Assembly (NCBI GenBank): GCA_038231135.1
Contig: JBBRLX010000001.1
Span: 64,001-128,000, forward strand
DNA length: 64,000 nucleotides
Origin: Candidatus Eiseniibacteriota bacterium
GTDB taxonomy: Bacteria; Eisenbacteria; RBG-16-71-46
Reading direction: 5' to 3'
Below are positions 24,122-32,576 of the stretch, one piece after another. Position 1 is the stretch's first letter; each line of letters opens with the position of its first letter. Both the position numbers and the translations under genes were made by a program. The notes beneath the pieces were generated by a model, which saw nothing but the letters and a program-made list of their open reading frames with translations, ran no database searches and was not told where the DNA came from.

Positions 24122-24625
24122 TCACCGCTCCTTGTACCCCCGCCCCCGATCCGTCGCCTCACGGTCGCGGACGAAGCTCATCACCGGCACCCCATAGCCG
24201 CATCTCGTCACGGTGCGCTCGATCTCGATGTCCACGATCTGGCGCGGCGCCCCCGAGTCGATGTCCTCCTGGCGGAGCACCCGCGCCGCGAACGGCGATT
24301 CCGTCACGGGCGTGACGTGCGCGTGACCGAACAGCCGTACGATGGCGGCGTCGCCGGACTCGAACGAGCACACCATCACCGTGATCGGCCCGTCGCTGCG
24401 CGAATGCCGCGCGGTCTCGTTGCCGCTGCCGGGATAGTCGAGATAGGCGACGTGCCTGCGGTCGAGCACTACCAGCGGCACGCCGCCCTTCGGCGATAGG
24501 TTCACGGGACCAATCCCATGGGGCTCCGCGGCCAGCGAGGGATCGGTGGTCGCGACGAAGAACATCCGGGAGTCCCGGATCAGGCGCGCCTGGGCGTCCG
24601 TGATCGAGTCGTGATAGGTGGCCAT
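24122..24625 (-). CDS. Pyridoxamine 5'-phosphate oxidase-like FMN-binding protein
   Basis: FFVAT, NLSPKG, YLDYPGSGNETARH, CGYGVP. Confidence 0.85.
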   Translation of the reverse strand: MATYHDSITDAQARLIRDSRMFFVATTDPSLAAEPHGIGPVNLSPKGGVPLVVLDRRHVAYLDYPGSGNETARHSRSDGPITVMVCSFESGDAAIVRLFGHAHVTPVTESPFAARVLRQEDIDSGAPRQIVDIEIERTVTRCGYGVPVMSFVRDREATDRGRGYKER

Positions 24626-24664
24626 GCCGGCATCATCCGAACGCGGCGATCGAGAGTCAACGCC

Positions 24665-25027
24665 CTAACGCCCCGAGCGGCCCTGGGCCGCCGGGCTCAG
24701 GCTCCGCACCGCGGCATCCCGATCGTCGTGGACCGGCAGCACATGCGCGAGACCCAGCTCCGCCAGCAGCCGGCGCTGGAGGGGACTCGCCCCGCACAAT
24801 GCAATGCGGCCGCCGCACTCCACGGCGAGATGCTGGGCATTGGCCAGCACCCCAACGCAATGGGCGGTGAGCGGGTGCACGTGCGACAGATCCACCACGA
24901 CTTTCACGCGGTTCCGCACCAGCGCCAGCATCCGGGACTCCAGTTCGTCGCATTCGCAACCCTCGTACAACGTCTGCGAGGGCACGACCACGATCACCTG
25001 ACCCACCTCATGCGACGCCACGCTCAT
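24665..25027 (-). CDS. STAS domain protein (anti-sigma-factor antagonist-like)
   Basis: VVVDLSHV...GGRIALCG...ELGLAHVLPVHDDRDAAV; AGGGAG SD. Confidence 0.75.
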   Translation of the reverse strand: MSVASHEVGQVIVVVPSQTLYEGCECDELESRMLALVRNRVKVVVDLSHVHPLTAHCVGVLANAQHLAVECGGRIALCGASPLQRRLLAELGLAHVLPVHDDRDAAVRSLSPAAQGRSGR

Positions 25028-25312
25028 ATCCCGCTCCCTTCCAGCTCAGCCACGGCTTCGGCGGCCTTCACGACTGCTAAGACGGATCGAGCGGGCGGAA
25101 AGTTGCCTGCCATCCACCAACGCCGGGTTTGTCGCGCTATTCGCCTGTCACGTCCGCGTCACGGCTCGTCCGTTCCGGTCCGAGGCGCGGTGAGTTGCCC
25201 AAAAGCGGTCGAAGCCCGAGAGTCCCGTAGTCGACGTCGGTCATGGTCGGCGATCACCACAACGCACGTTTGCCGGGTCACAATGAGTTCATCACGTCAC
25301 GGGGATTGATCC

Positions 25313-26743
25313 ATGAGCGGGCTTCGATCGGATGCGTTCGTGTTCTTCGGTGCCACGGGCGATCTCGCCTACAAGATGATCTTTCCGGCGCTGCAGAAGT
25401 TGATCCAACGCGGCAACCTCGATATCCCCATCGTCGGCGTGGCCCTGCCCAAGCTGAGCCCCGACGAGTTCAAGGCGCGGGCGAAGGCGAGCCTGGAAGA
25501 GCACGGTGGGCTGGATCCGGCGGCGTTCGCCAAGTTGTGCACGCTGCTGCAGTACGTCGACGGCGACTACGCGGACCCGGCAACGTTCGCAAAGCTGCGC
25601 AAGGCGCTCGGCAGCGGCTGCCGTCTGCTGTGCTATCTCGCGATTCCACCGAGCCTGTTCGCCACCGTCGCGGAAGGGCTGGCGGGCGCGGACTGCATCC
25701 AGGGCACGCGAGTGGTGGTCGAGAAGCCATTCGGGCGCGACCTCGCGTCGGCCGTGGAACTCAATCGCACGCTGCTGCGGTTCTTCACCGAGGAGTTCAT
25801 TTTTCGCATCGATCACTACCTCGGCAAGGAAGCCGTCCAGAATCTCGTCTACTTCCGGTTCGCGAATCCGCTCATCGAAGCGGGGTGGGACCGGCACTAT
25901 ATCGCGGACGTGCAGATCACGATGGCGGAGAACTTCGGCATCGCGGGCCGCGGCAAGTTCTACGAGGAATCGGGGGCGATCCGGGACGTGGTGCAGAATC
26001 ACATGCTGCAGGTGATCGCCAACCTCGCCATGGAATGCCCGGTGGGCACGGCCCGCGAGGCCCATCGTGATGAGCGTGCACGATTGCTCCAGGCGGTCCG
26101 GACGCTCACGCCGGCCGATGTCGTGCGCGGCCAGTTCCGCGGCTACCGGAACGAGCCGGGCGTGGCGTCTGATTCGAACAACGAGACGTTCGCGGCGCTG
26201 CGACTCCATATCGACAACCCGCGCTGGAGCGGCGTGCCGTTCTGGGTGCGCGCGGGGAAGTGCCTGCCGATGTCCACGACCGAAGTGCTGGTCCGGTTCA
26301 AACGCCCGCTGCGGCCGGTGCTGGACGAGGCCGTGCCGTCGATGGATTCCTACTATCGATTCCGGCTCAGCCCCGACGTCGTGCTGGCGCTGGGTGCCAG
26401 GGTCAAGAAGCCGGGAGGGCTCATGGTCGGAGAACAGATCGAACTGGTCGCGCACTACGAGCCGCCCGAGGAGATGGGGCCTTACGAGCGGCTGCTGGGC
26501 GATGCGATCAATGGCGACGGCACGCTGTTCGCGCGCGAAGACTCGGTCGAGGCGTCGTGGCGCATCGTGGACCCGATCCTCGGCAACGTGACGCCGGTGT
26601 TCGAATACGACCCCGGCACGTGGGGGCCTCCCGAGGCCGACCGCGAGGTGGCGCCCGAGGGGGGCTGGAACAACCCGGCTCCCGAGGGCATGACCGCCTC
26701 TCCGAATGTAGCGATACCTTCGAGCGTGGAGGTGGCGGGATGA
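25313..26743 (+). CDS. zwf: Glucose-6-phosphate 1-dehydrogenase
   Basis: FGATGDLA, EKPFG, RIDHYLGKE, RDVVQNH. Confidence 0.96.
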   Translation: MSGLRSDAFVFFGATGDLAYKMIFPALQKLIQRGNLDIPIVGVALPKLSPDEFKARAKASLEEHGGLDPAAFAKLCTLLQYVDGDYADPATFAKLRKALGSGCRLLCYLAIPPSLFATVAEGLAGADCIQGTRVVVEKPFGRDLASAVELNRTLLRFFTEEFIFRIDHYLGKEAVQNLVYFRFANPLIEAGWDRHYIADVQITMAENFGIAGRGKFYEESGAIRDVVQNHMLQVIANLAMECPVGTAREAHRDERARLLQAVRTLTPADVVRGQFRGYRNEPGVASDSNNETFAALRLHIDNPRWSGVPFWVRAGKCLPMSTTEVLVRFKRPLRPVLDEAVPSMDSYYRFRLSPDVVLALGARVKKPGGLMVGEQIELVAHYEPPEEMGPYERLLGDAINGDGTLFAREDSVEASWRIVDPILGNVTPVFEYDPGTWGPPEADREVAPEGGWNNPAPEGMTASPNVAIPSSVEVAG

Positions 26744-27459
26744 AGAACGGAGCTCGCAAGCGCATCCTGGTCGTCGACGTCGGCGGAACGCACGTCAAGG
26801 TTCAGGTCACGGGCGGCAAGACGCCGCGCAAATTCGTGTCCGGCTCCGCGATGACGGCGGAGCAGATGGTGGCGGGGGTCCGGAAGATCGTCGCGGGCTG
26901 GAAGTATGAAGCGGTTTCGATCGGCTATCCCGGTCCCGTGCATCGCGGCCGCCCGCTCGCGGAGCCGCACAATCTCGCGCCGGGCTGGGTCGGGTTCGAC
27001 TTCGCGGCCGCGTTCGGCTGCCCGGTCCGTCTCATGAATGACGCGGCCATGCAGGCGCTCGGGAGTTATGAGAAGGGGACGATGCTGTTCCTCGGGCTGG
27101 GGACCGGCCTCGGCTCGACGCTGATCGTCCACGGCATCGTGCGGCCGATGGAACTGGGCCACCTCCCGTACCTCAAGAAGACCTACGAAGACTATGTGGG
27201 CCTGCGGGGACTGAAGCGTTTCGGCAAGAAGAAATGGCGCCATTATGTCGATGACATCGTTGCACGGTTCGTCGCGGCGCTGATGCCCGACGAGGTCGTG
27301 CTCGGGGGTGGCAACCTCAAGCTGCTGAAAAAGCTGCCGCCGGCATGCCGGGCCGGGGCCAACACCAACGCGTTCCGCGGAGGGTTTCGGCTGTGGGAGG
27401 AATCCCGTGAAGCGGGTTCTGGCGCTGTATCGGCGGCACCTCGAGCAGCCTCGCCGTGA
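26740..27459 (+). CDS. ROK family kinase (polyphosphate glucokinase-like)
   Basis: VDVGGTHVK, NDAAMQALG, GLGTGLGS, ELGHLP; ATGA overlap with zwf. Confidence 0.85.
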   Translation: MKNGARKRILVVDVGGTHVKVQVTGGKTPRKFVSGSAMTAEQMVAGVRKIVAGWKYEAVSIGYPGPVHRGRPLAEPHNLAPGWVGFDFAAAFGCPVRLMNDAAMQALGSYEKGTMLFLGLGTGLGSTLIVHGIVRPMELGHLPYLKKTYEDYVGLRGLKRFGKKKWRHYVDDIVARFVAALMPDEVVLGGGNLKLLKKLPPACRAGANTNAFRGGFRLWEESREAGSGAVSAAPRAASP

Positions 27460-27901
27460 ACGCCTGTTTCTGGCCTCGGCCGGATTCTTCGCGGCATTCG
27501 GGATCGTCCGTCTGCTGGCGCACGCCATTCGCCGTCGGATCGGGCCGTTTCACGACATCGCATTCGGCCACACCCACGTGCACCACCTGGTGTGGGGAAT
27601 CCTGATCCTGCTGGTCGTGGGCTATGGATGGCTCATCGAGCTGGGCAAGGGGCGGCAGCCGGAATCCCACGTACTCGCGCGGTCGATGGCGATCCTGTAC
27701 GGAGTGGGAGCGGCGCTCACGCTCGATGAATTCGCGCTGTGGCTGCATCTCGAGGACGTGTACTGGACGCGTCAGGGCCGGGCCAGCGTCGACGCGGCGC
27801 TGCTGTTCGGCGCGCTGGTCTCGCTGGGTTTCTGGGGCGGCCCGTTCCTGAGAGCCGTGGCTCGCGAATCGACACGGTTCTCGAGGAGACGGAAGCATTA
27901 G
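27407..27901 (+). CDS. Conserved integral membrane protein
   Basis: Four hydrophobic segments; HVHHLVWG and ALTLDEFALW motifs. Confidence 0.75.
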   Translation: MKRVLALYRRHLEQPRRERLFLASAGFFAAFGIVRLLAHAIRRRIGPFHDIAFGHTHVHHLVWGILILLVVGYGWLIELGKGRQPESHVLARSMAILYGVGAALTLDEFALWLHLEDVYWTRQGRASVDAALLFGALVSLGFWGGPFLRAVARESTRFSRRRKH

Positions 27902-28113
27902 TACGAAGTCCCGATCCTGTGAGCGCAGCCAGGATCGAAGCCGGCGTTCGCTCGCGCCGGTCATCGCAGGAAGCAACGCTGCGAGTCAGCGAGTTCACAA
28001 GCCCCGCCGCGTGTGGTGTCCGCGCCACACACGCGTCACCCCGCCGGTATTCGCATCGCCGCCGAATCGCCTGCAAATCATTGTGATTCCCGCCGCCGAT
28101 CACGCGCCGCGAA

Positions 28114-28130
28114 CTGGCACGGCGGGTGCT
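28114..28130 (+). promoter_or_regulatory. Sigma54 -24/-12 promoter candidate
   Basis: CTGGCAC-GGCGG-GTGCT, correct GG/GC spacing, ~70 nt before ATG 28202. Confidence 0.55.
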
Positions 28131-28201
28131 CTTCCCTAGGATACGGCCGAGTCGTCAAGACACAGTGCATCTCAAACCGCAATCAACCGGGGAGAATCAC
28201 G

Positions 28202-28717
28202 ATGATCCAGTTTCGCAAGTTGTCCGTTGCCAGTCTGCTCGTTCTGGGAACCGCCGCCACGTTCGTCGCGGGCGCCGCGACGCTCGCGGGCGCCGCGAAT
28301 TCCTCGACCGATCCGGACGCCGGCACGTCCGCCCAGTCGAAGTCCCACGGCCGCCACGAAGGCCGGAAAGAGCATGGCGTGAACGAGCGCCTGGAGCGCA
28401 TGACTCAGCGGCTCAAGCTCACGGCGGAGCAGCAGGAGAAGGTCAAGCCGATCCTGGAGGCGGAGAGGGCGCAGTGGAAGTCCCTCCACTCCGAGGACAA
28501 GGCCAAGCCCCGCTCGGCCGAGGACAAGGCGGCGATGGAGAAGGAGCGCAAGGAACTGCGTGCCGACACCGACAGCAAGCTCGCGCAGGTGCTGACCGCC
28601 GACCAGATGAGCGAGCTTCGCAAGTTCCAGCGTGAGCACATGCGGAAGGAAAGTGCGAAGGAAGAGAAGGCGGAGAAGGGCGAGAAGGGCGAGAAGGGCG
28701 AGAAGGGCAGCAGTTAG
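28202..28717 (+). CDS. Periplasmic Spy/CpxP/ZraP-like helical protein
   Basis: Signal peptide; two LTxxQ motifs (LKLTAEQQ, VLTADQ). Confidence 0.75.
   Translation: MIQFRKLSVASLLVLGTAATFVAGAATLAGAANSSTDPDAGTSAQSKSHGRHEGRKEHGVNERLERMTQRLKLTAEQQEKVKPILEAERAQWKSLHSEDKAKPRSAEDKAAMEKERKELRADTDSKLAQVLTADQMSELRKFQREHMRKESAKEEKAEKGEKGEKGEKGSS
28673..28708 (+). repeat. Coding tandem repeat (GAGAAGGGC)x4 = EKG repeat
   Basis: Four exact 9-nt copies. Confidence 0.9.
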
Positions 28718-28740
28718 TCGATAGCCGCATCGGATGCAAG

Positions 28741-28773
28741 GGACGCCGGAGCCCGGTTCGGGATCCGGCGTCC
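28741..28773. terminator. Hairpin between convergent genes
   Basis: GGACGCCGGA..CCCG-GTT-CGGG..TCCGGCGTCC inverted repeat. Confidence 0.55.
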
Positions 28774-28793
28774 TGGCGGTTCTAGTCGCCGCG

Positions 28794-30011
28794 CTAGAAG
28801 ATTTCCGGGCACCACGGCGCACGGTCCGCTGTGAACAGTGCGTCCGCGCGAGTTGCCGCGCCGGGGCGGCGCTCTTCGATCCGCGCCGAACGCACGAGCT
28901 GCCCGAACGTGAAACCTCCGAGATAGACCGTCCCCAGCGCCGTGACGTCGAGCGCCAGGTCGGCATCGGCCGTCGTGCGCTCCACGCTGCCCGCGGCCAC
29001 GCGATAGCGGCCCTGATTCCATGGGCAGAACGCGTCGGCCACTTCGATCACGACCGGATCCGCGCCCGACAGCGCGCGCGCGGCCAGCGCCGCCGGCACG
29101 TCGACGAGCCGCACCCACACGCCGTCGCGGACCTGGAACTTCATCTCCCGCGGACGCGCGATCAGGAACCACAGCGCGTGATCGAGCGGCAGCAGTTGCG
29201 CCTTGACGCTCGCGACCCAGTCGATGTCGAGCAGGAAGCGCCATAGGTCGCGCGTCGCCGCCGGCGTGGCGCCCACCGCCTCGATGACGTTGACGTGCCC
29301 CGCACTCGTACCGGAATCGAACGACTGATGGATGCGATAGAGCGCATAGCCCTCCGGGCGACCATCGATGGTGAGCAGCACCCGGTTGAGCACTCCGCCG
29401 CCCTGGCGCCGGCTCTCGGGATCGGCGAACCGGCGGAACCGCCACCAGTTCTCGGAGCGGGCGAACATGCCCGGCTGGTCGGTGCGGACCCGGTCGTAGA
29501 TACGCGAGAACGGTTCGAGCGCATCCGCTTCATTGACGAGCTGGAGCTCCGATCGGCCTGGCGTGGGCAGCACGAACGCGTTCGAGGATTTCGGGATGTC
29601 GACATTGCCGGCGACCGACGCCATGCCATAGCCGAACCTGCCGTAGATCGTGTCTTCCGATGCCCACAGATAGGCGACCGGCTCGCCGCGGTGGTGAATG
29701 TCGTCGAGTTGAACGCGCATCATCTGGCGCAGGATCCCGCGGCGCCGGTGGGTGGGCATGACGCCGACCACTGTGACGCCGGCGGCCCGGACCGATCCGC
29801 CGGGCACGGTCAGCTCGAACGGGTACGAGGCTGCACCGCCGACCACCGTGCCGGCTTCATGCGCAGCGATCGCGCGCGATGGTTCGAGAATTGACTTGAA
29901 TCGCCGGAGATCGTCTTCGCTGAACGGTCCGCCGCCAAAGTAATGCCACACGGGCACCAGTGCCGACGGAACCTCTTCGGATGAACGGCAGGCTGCGACT
30001 TCGATTTCCAT
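28794..30011 (-). CDS. Eis-family GNAT acetyltransferase with SCP2-like C-terminal domain
   Basis: VGVMPTHRRRG, LWASE..IYGRFGYG, DAFCPWNQG, C-term WCPEIF. Confidence 0.9.
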   Translation of the reverse strand: MEIEVAACRSSEEVPSALVPVWHYFGGGPFSEDDLRRFKSILEPSRAIAAHEAGTVVGGAASYPFELTVPGGSVRAAGVTVVGVMPTHRRRGILRQMMRVQLDDIHHRGEPVAYLWASEDTIYGRFGYGMASVAGNVDIPKSSNAFVLPTPGRSELQLVNEADALEPFSRIYDRVRTDQPGMFARSENWWRFRRFADPESRRQGGGVLNRVLLTIDGRPEGYALYRIHQSFDSGTSAGHVNVIEAVGATPAATRDLWRFLLDIDWVASVKAQLLPLDHALWFLIARPREMKFQVRDGVWVRLVDVPAALAARALSGADPVVIEVADAFCPWNQGRYRVAAGSVERTTADADLALDVTALGTVYLGGFTFGQLVRSARIEERRPGAATRADALFTADRAPWCPEIF

Positions 30012-30237
30012 GCGTGTTTCCTCCAGCCGTGCGGAGTGCGTAGGCAGGTGCCGGCCGGGCCGGGGGCGCAATGTGCAGCATGTGACGGCGGATTTCAACG
30101 GGGCACCCGCCTCGTTGGGCCGGCCCTGAACCGGATGCTACAATTTACCCTCGCCCGCATGATCGCTACGATCGCTCACGCATGAGACCTCCGGTCCGCG
30201 ATGGCTGCCCGCGTGCGCCACGTCTCCGCGAGGATTG

Positions 30238-31086
30238 ATGAAGAATGTGTTCAGCGTCGATCTCGAAGACTGGTATCAGGGCCTCGAGATCGACATCGAC
30301 TCATGGGACCGGTTTGCGCCCAGGATGGAAGCGGGTCTGCTTCCGCTGCTGGCCATGCTCGCGGCCGCAGGTGTTCGGGCGACGTTCTTCGTCCTGGGTC
30401 ATCAGGCGGAACGCACGCCCGAGTTGATCCGGCGCATCGCCGCAGCCGGTCACGAGATCGCCTCGCACGGATGGTCGCACCGGTTCGTGTACCGGCAGCC
30501 GCCCGAGCAGTTCCGGCAAGAGCTGCGCCGCAGCAAGGTCGTGCTCGAGCAGATCGCCGGCGCGGCGGTGGTGGGATATCGCGCGCCCTACTTCTCGATC
30601 ACGGCCGAGGCGCTGTGGGCGCTCGACGTGCTCGTCGAAGAGGGGTTCCAGTACGACTCCAGCATCTTCCCGACGTTCAACTACCGCTACGGAATTCCGG
30701 GCGCCACGCGCGTACCGGGCTGGCTGACGACCCCCGGCGGCCGGCGCTTGTACGAGATTCCGCTCAGCACCGTGCGCCTTCCCGCGACGGCCGGCATCAA
30801 CGTCCCGTTGGGGGGCGGCGGCTACTTCCGGCTGTATCCGTATTCGCTCACGCGGAGGTTGATCGACCACCTGACCCGCGTCGAACGGCTGGCGCTGGTG
30901 TTCTACGTGCATCCATGGGAGTACGACCCCGGGCAGCCGCGGATTCGGTTGCCGCGCTGGATGCCGGAACAGACGCACTACCTCAACCTTGCATCGACGA
31001 CCCCCAAGACCCGGCAGTTGCTGCACGACTTTCCGTTCACCACCATGCGTGACGCCTTCGGCGACGCGTTCGCCCCGAAGGATTGA
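30238..31086 (+). CDS. Polysaccharide deacetylase (XrtA-system/DUF3473 type)
   Basis: SVDLEDWY, ATFFVLG, HEIASHG, GYRAPYFSI, GGGYFRL, HPWEYDP. Confidence 0.9.
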   Translation: MKNVFSVDLEDWYQGLEIDIDSWDRFAPRMEAGLLPLLAMLAAAGVRATFFVLGHQAERTPELIRRIAAAGHEIASHGWSHRFVYRQPPEQFRQELRRSKVVLEQIAGAAVVGYRAPYFSITAEALWALDVLVEEGFQYDSSIFPTFNYRYGIPGATRVPGWLTTPGGRRLYEIPLSTVRLPATAGINVPLGGGGYFRLYPYSLTRRLIDHLTRVERLALVFYVHPWEYDPGQPRIRLPRWMPEQTHYLNLASTTPKTRQLLHDFPFTTMRDAFGDAFAPKD

Positions 31087-31859
31087 GCGTGCGGATTTAC
31101 ATCCTCACCCAGGAAGACGCGTTCTACATCCCGGTGATCATCGACACCGTGCTGTCGGCCCGGTCGGACGTCGTGGGGGTCGGAATCGTCCCGGGCGAGC
31201 TGCAGCCGGGGCATGTGCAAAAGTACCTGCACCTGATGGGTGTCCGGGACTTCGCGCTCCAGTCGGCCAATCTCGTGATTCATCGCGCGTTGGATGTGGT
31301 GTCGCGCGTGATCCCCATGCCGCGCAGTTACTCGGTGAGCGGGGCGGCGCGGCGGGTGTCGGTGCCCGCGGAGCAGGTTCCGAAGGTGAACGACGCGAAG
31401 TTTCTGGATCACCTGCGCTCGCTGGGCGTCGATCTCGTGGTTTCGATCGCCTGCCCGCAGATCTTCCGCCAGCCGCTGCTCGACCTGCCGGCCCATGGCT
31501 GCATCAACCTGCACGGCGCGCTGCTGCCCCGATATCAGGGCCTGCTGCCCTCGTTCTGGGTGCTGGCGAACGGCGAGGCCGAGACCGGCGTCACCGTGCA
31601 TGTCATGGATGCGAAGCTCGACCACGGGGACATCCTGCTGCAGCGCCGGGTACCGATTCGCGACGACGACACCGTGCACCGGCTGGTCCGGCGTTCGAAG
31701 GTCGAATTCGGCCGCCAGCTCCTGCTCGAGGCGATCACGCAGATCGATCAGGGACGCGTGACCCGGACGCCGATGGACATGAGCCAGGCCAGCTACGTGG
31801 CGTTTCCGGACGATGCGGCGAGGGCCCAATTTCGCAAGCGAGGGCGACGCTTCATTTAA
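31083..31859 (+). CDS. Formyltransferase-family protein (probable sugar N-formyltransferase)
   Basis: INLHGALLPRYQG, GVTVHVMDAKLDHGDIL; lacks Fmt C-terminal domain. Confidence 0.85.
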   Translation: MSVRIYILTQEDAFYIPVIIDTVLSARSDVVGVGIVPGELQPGHVQKYLHLMGVRDFALQSANLVIHRALDVVSRVIPMPRSYSVSGAARRVSVPAEQVPKVNDAKFLDHLRSLGVDLVVSIACPQIFRQPLLDLPAHGCINLHGALLPRYQGLLPSFWVLANGEAETGVTVHVMDAKLDHGDILLQRRVPIRDDDTVHRLVRRSKVEFGRQLLLEAITQIDQGRVTRTPMDMSQASYVAFPDDAARAQFRKRGRRFI

Positions 31860-32204
31860 GTTGCCCCGAGAGATGCGCCGGAGCCGCTGACTTTGCGTCT
31901 GGCAGCGCATCTCGGCTGAATCCGGGCGGCTCGGGCAGAATCCAATCTGTCGTTGCGGGTGTGGAAAAGCGGTCAGAAACCGGCCGGCATGGGGCGGGAA
32001 AACCCTGCGAAGATTGCTTTTACGAAAATCCTTGGATCTCCGTCATATTTTTGCAAACCTGTGAACCTGATGGTCGCATCAGAGAACGCGTAGCCTGGTT
32101 CCCGGAGACGGGCCGGCGACGATCAGGGCCGTAACATCAAGCCAAAAGGGCCCTTCATCTGAGTGGCTGCGTTTGGAGTTTTCCCGGTCGCACCCGGAGA
32201 ACCC

Positions 32205-32450
32205 GTGGACTGCAACGAAGTATTGGATCAACTGTCGGATTTTCTCGATGAGGGCGCCCGCGCCGACTTGTGCCGCGCGATCGAGCAGCACCTCGTCCAG
32301 TGCAAGGACTGTCGGTTCTATGTCGATTCGGTGAAGAAGACGATCGTGCTCTACCAGGCCGACTCCGGCGTCGAGGTCCCGATCTCGATCAGCACCCAGC
32401 TTCAACAGGCGCTCGCGCGCGAGTACCGGACCGCGCAGAAGGACGATTGA
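32205..32450 (+). CDS. zf-HC2 (ZAS) anti-sigma-type small protein
   Basis: C...LSDFLD...HLVQCKDC (HxxxCxxC); GGAG SD before GTG. Confidence 0.85.
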   Translation: MDCNEVLDQLSDFLDEGARADLCRAIEQHLVQCKDCRFYVDSVKKTIVLYQADSGVEVPISISTQLQQALAREYRTAQKDD

Positions 32451-32476
32451 CACCCCGCTCGACGCGCTCCTAGACT
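32447..32476 (+). promoter_or_regulatory. Sigma70 promoter candidate for ychF-like gene
   Basis: TTGACA-18 nt-TAGACT. Confidence 0.6.
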
Positions 32477-32576
32477 CCCGCTCCTCATTCGCCCGCAGGT
32501 TCCGCCTGCGGGCGCTTGTGTGTACGCCGCAACACCCTCCGGAGTCCGCGGCCCTCCATCACCCCGGAAGCGAAGC

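Noticed and set aside
22709..30100. Prophage or integrative element at tRNA-Lys
   Set aside because: No integrase, phage genes or duplicated tRNA 3' end found
30238..31086. PEP-CTERM/exosortase system implied by XrtA-type deacetylase
   Set aside because: No exosortase or PEP-CTERM tail recognised in the window
31083..31859. Methionyl-tRNA formyltransferase (fmt)
   Set aside because: Too short, lacks the C-terminal domain and def context; polysaccharide context favours a sugar formyltransferase
31960..31968. DnaA-box-like TGTGGAAAA
   Set aside because: Single imperfect box, no cluster or oriC-type neighbours
32052..32085. GCAAACC motif reminiscent of a c-di-GMP-I riboswitch
   Set aside because: Lacks the paired P2 stem with GNRA loop and the GACGCAAA element
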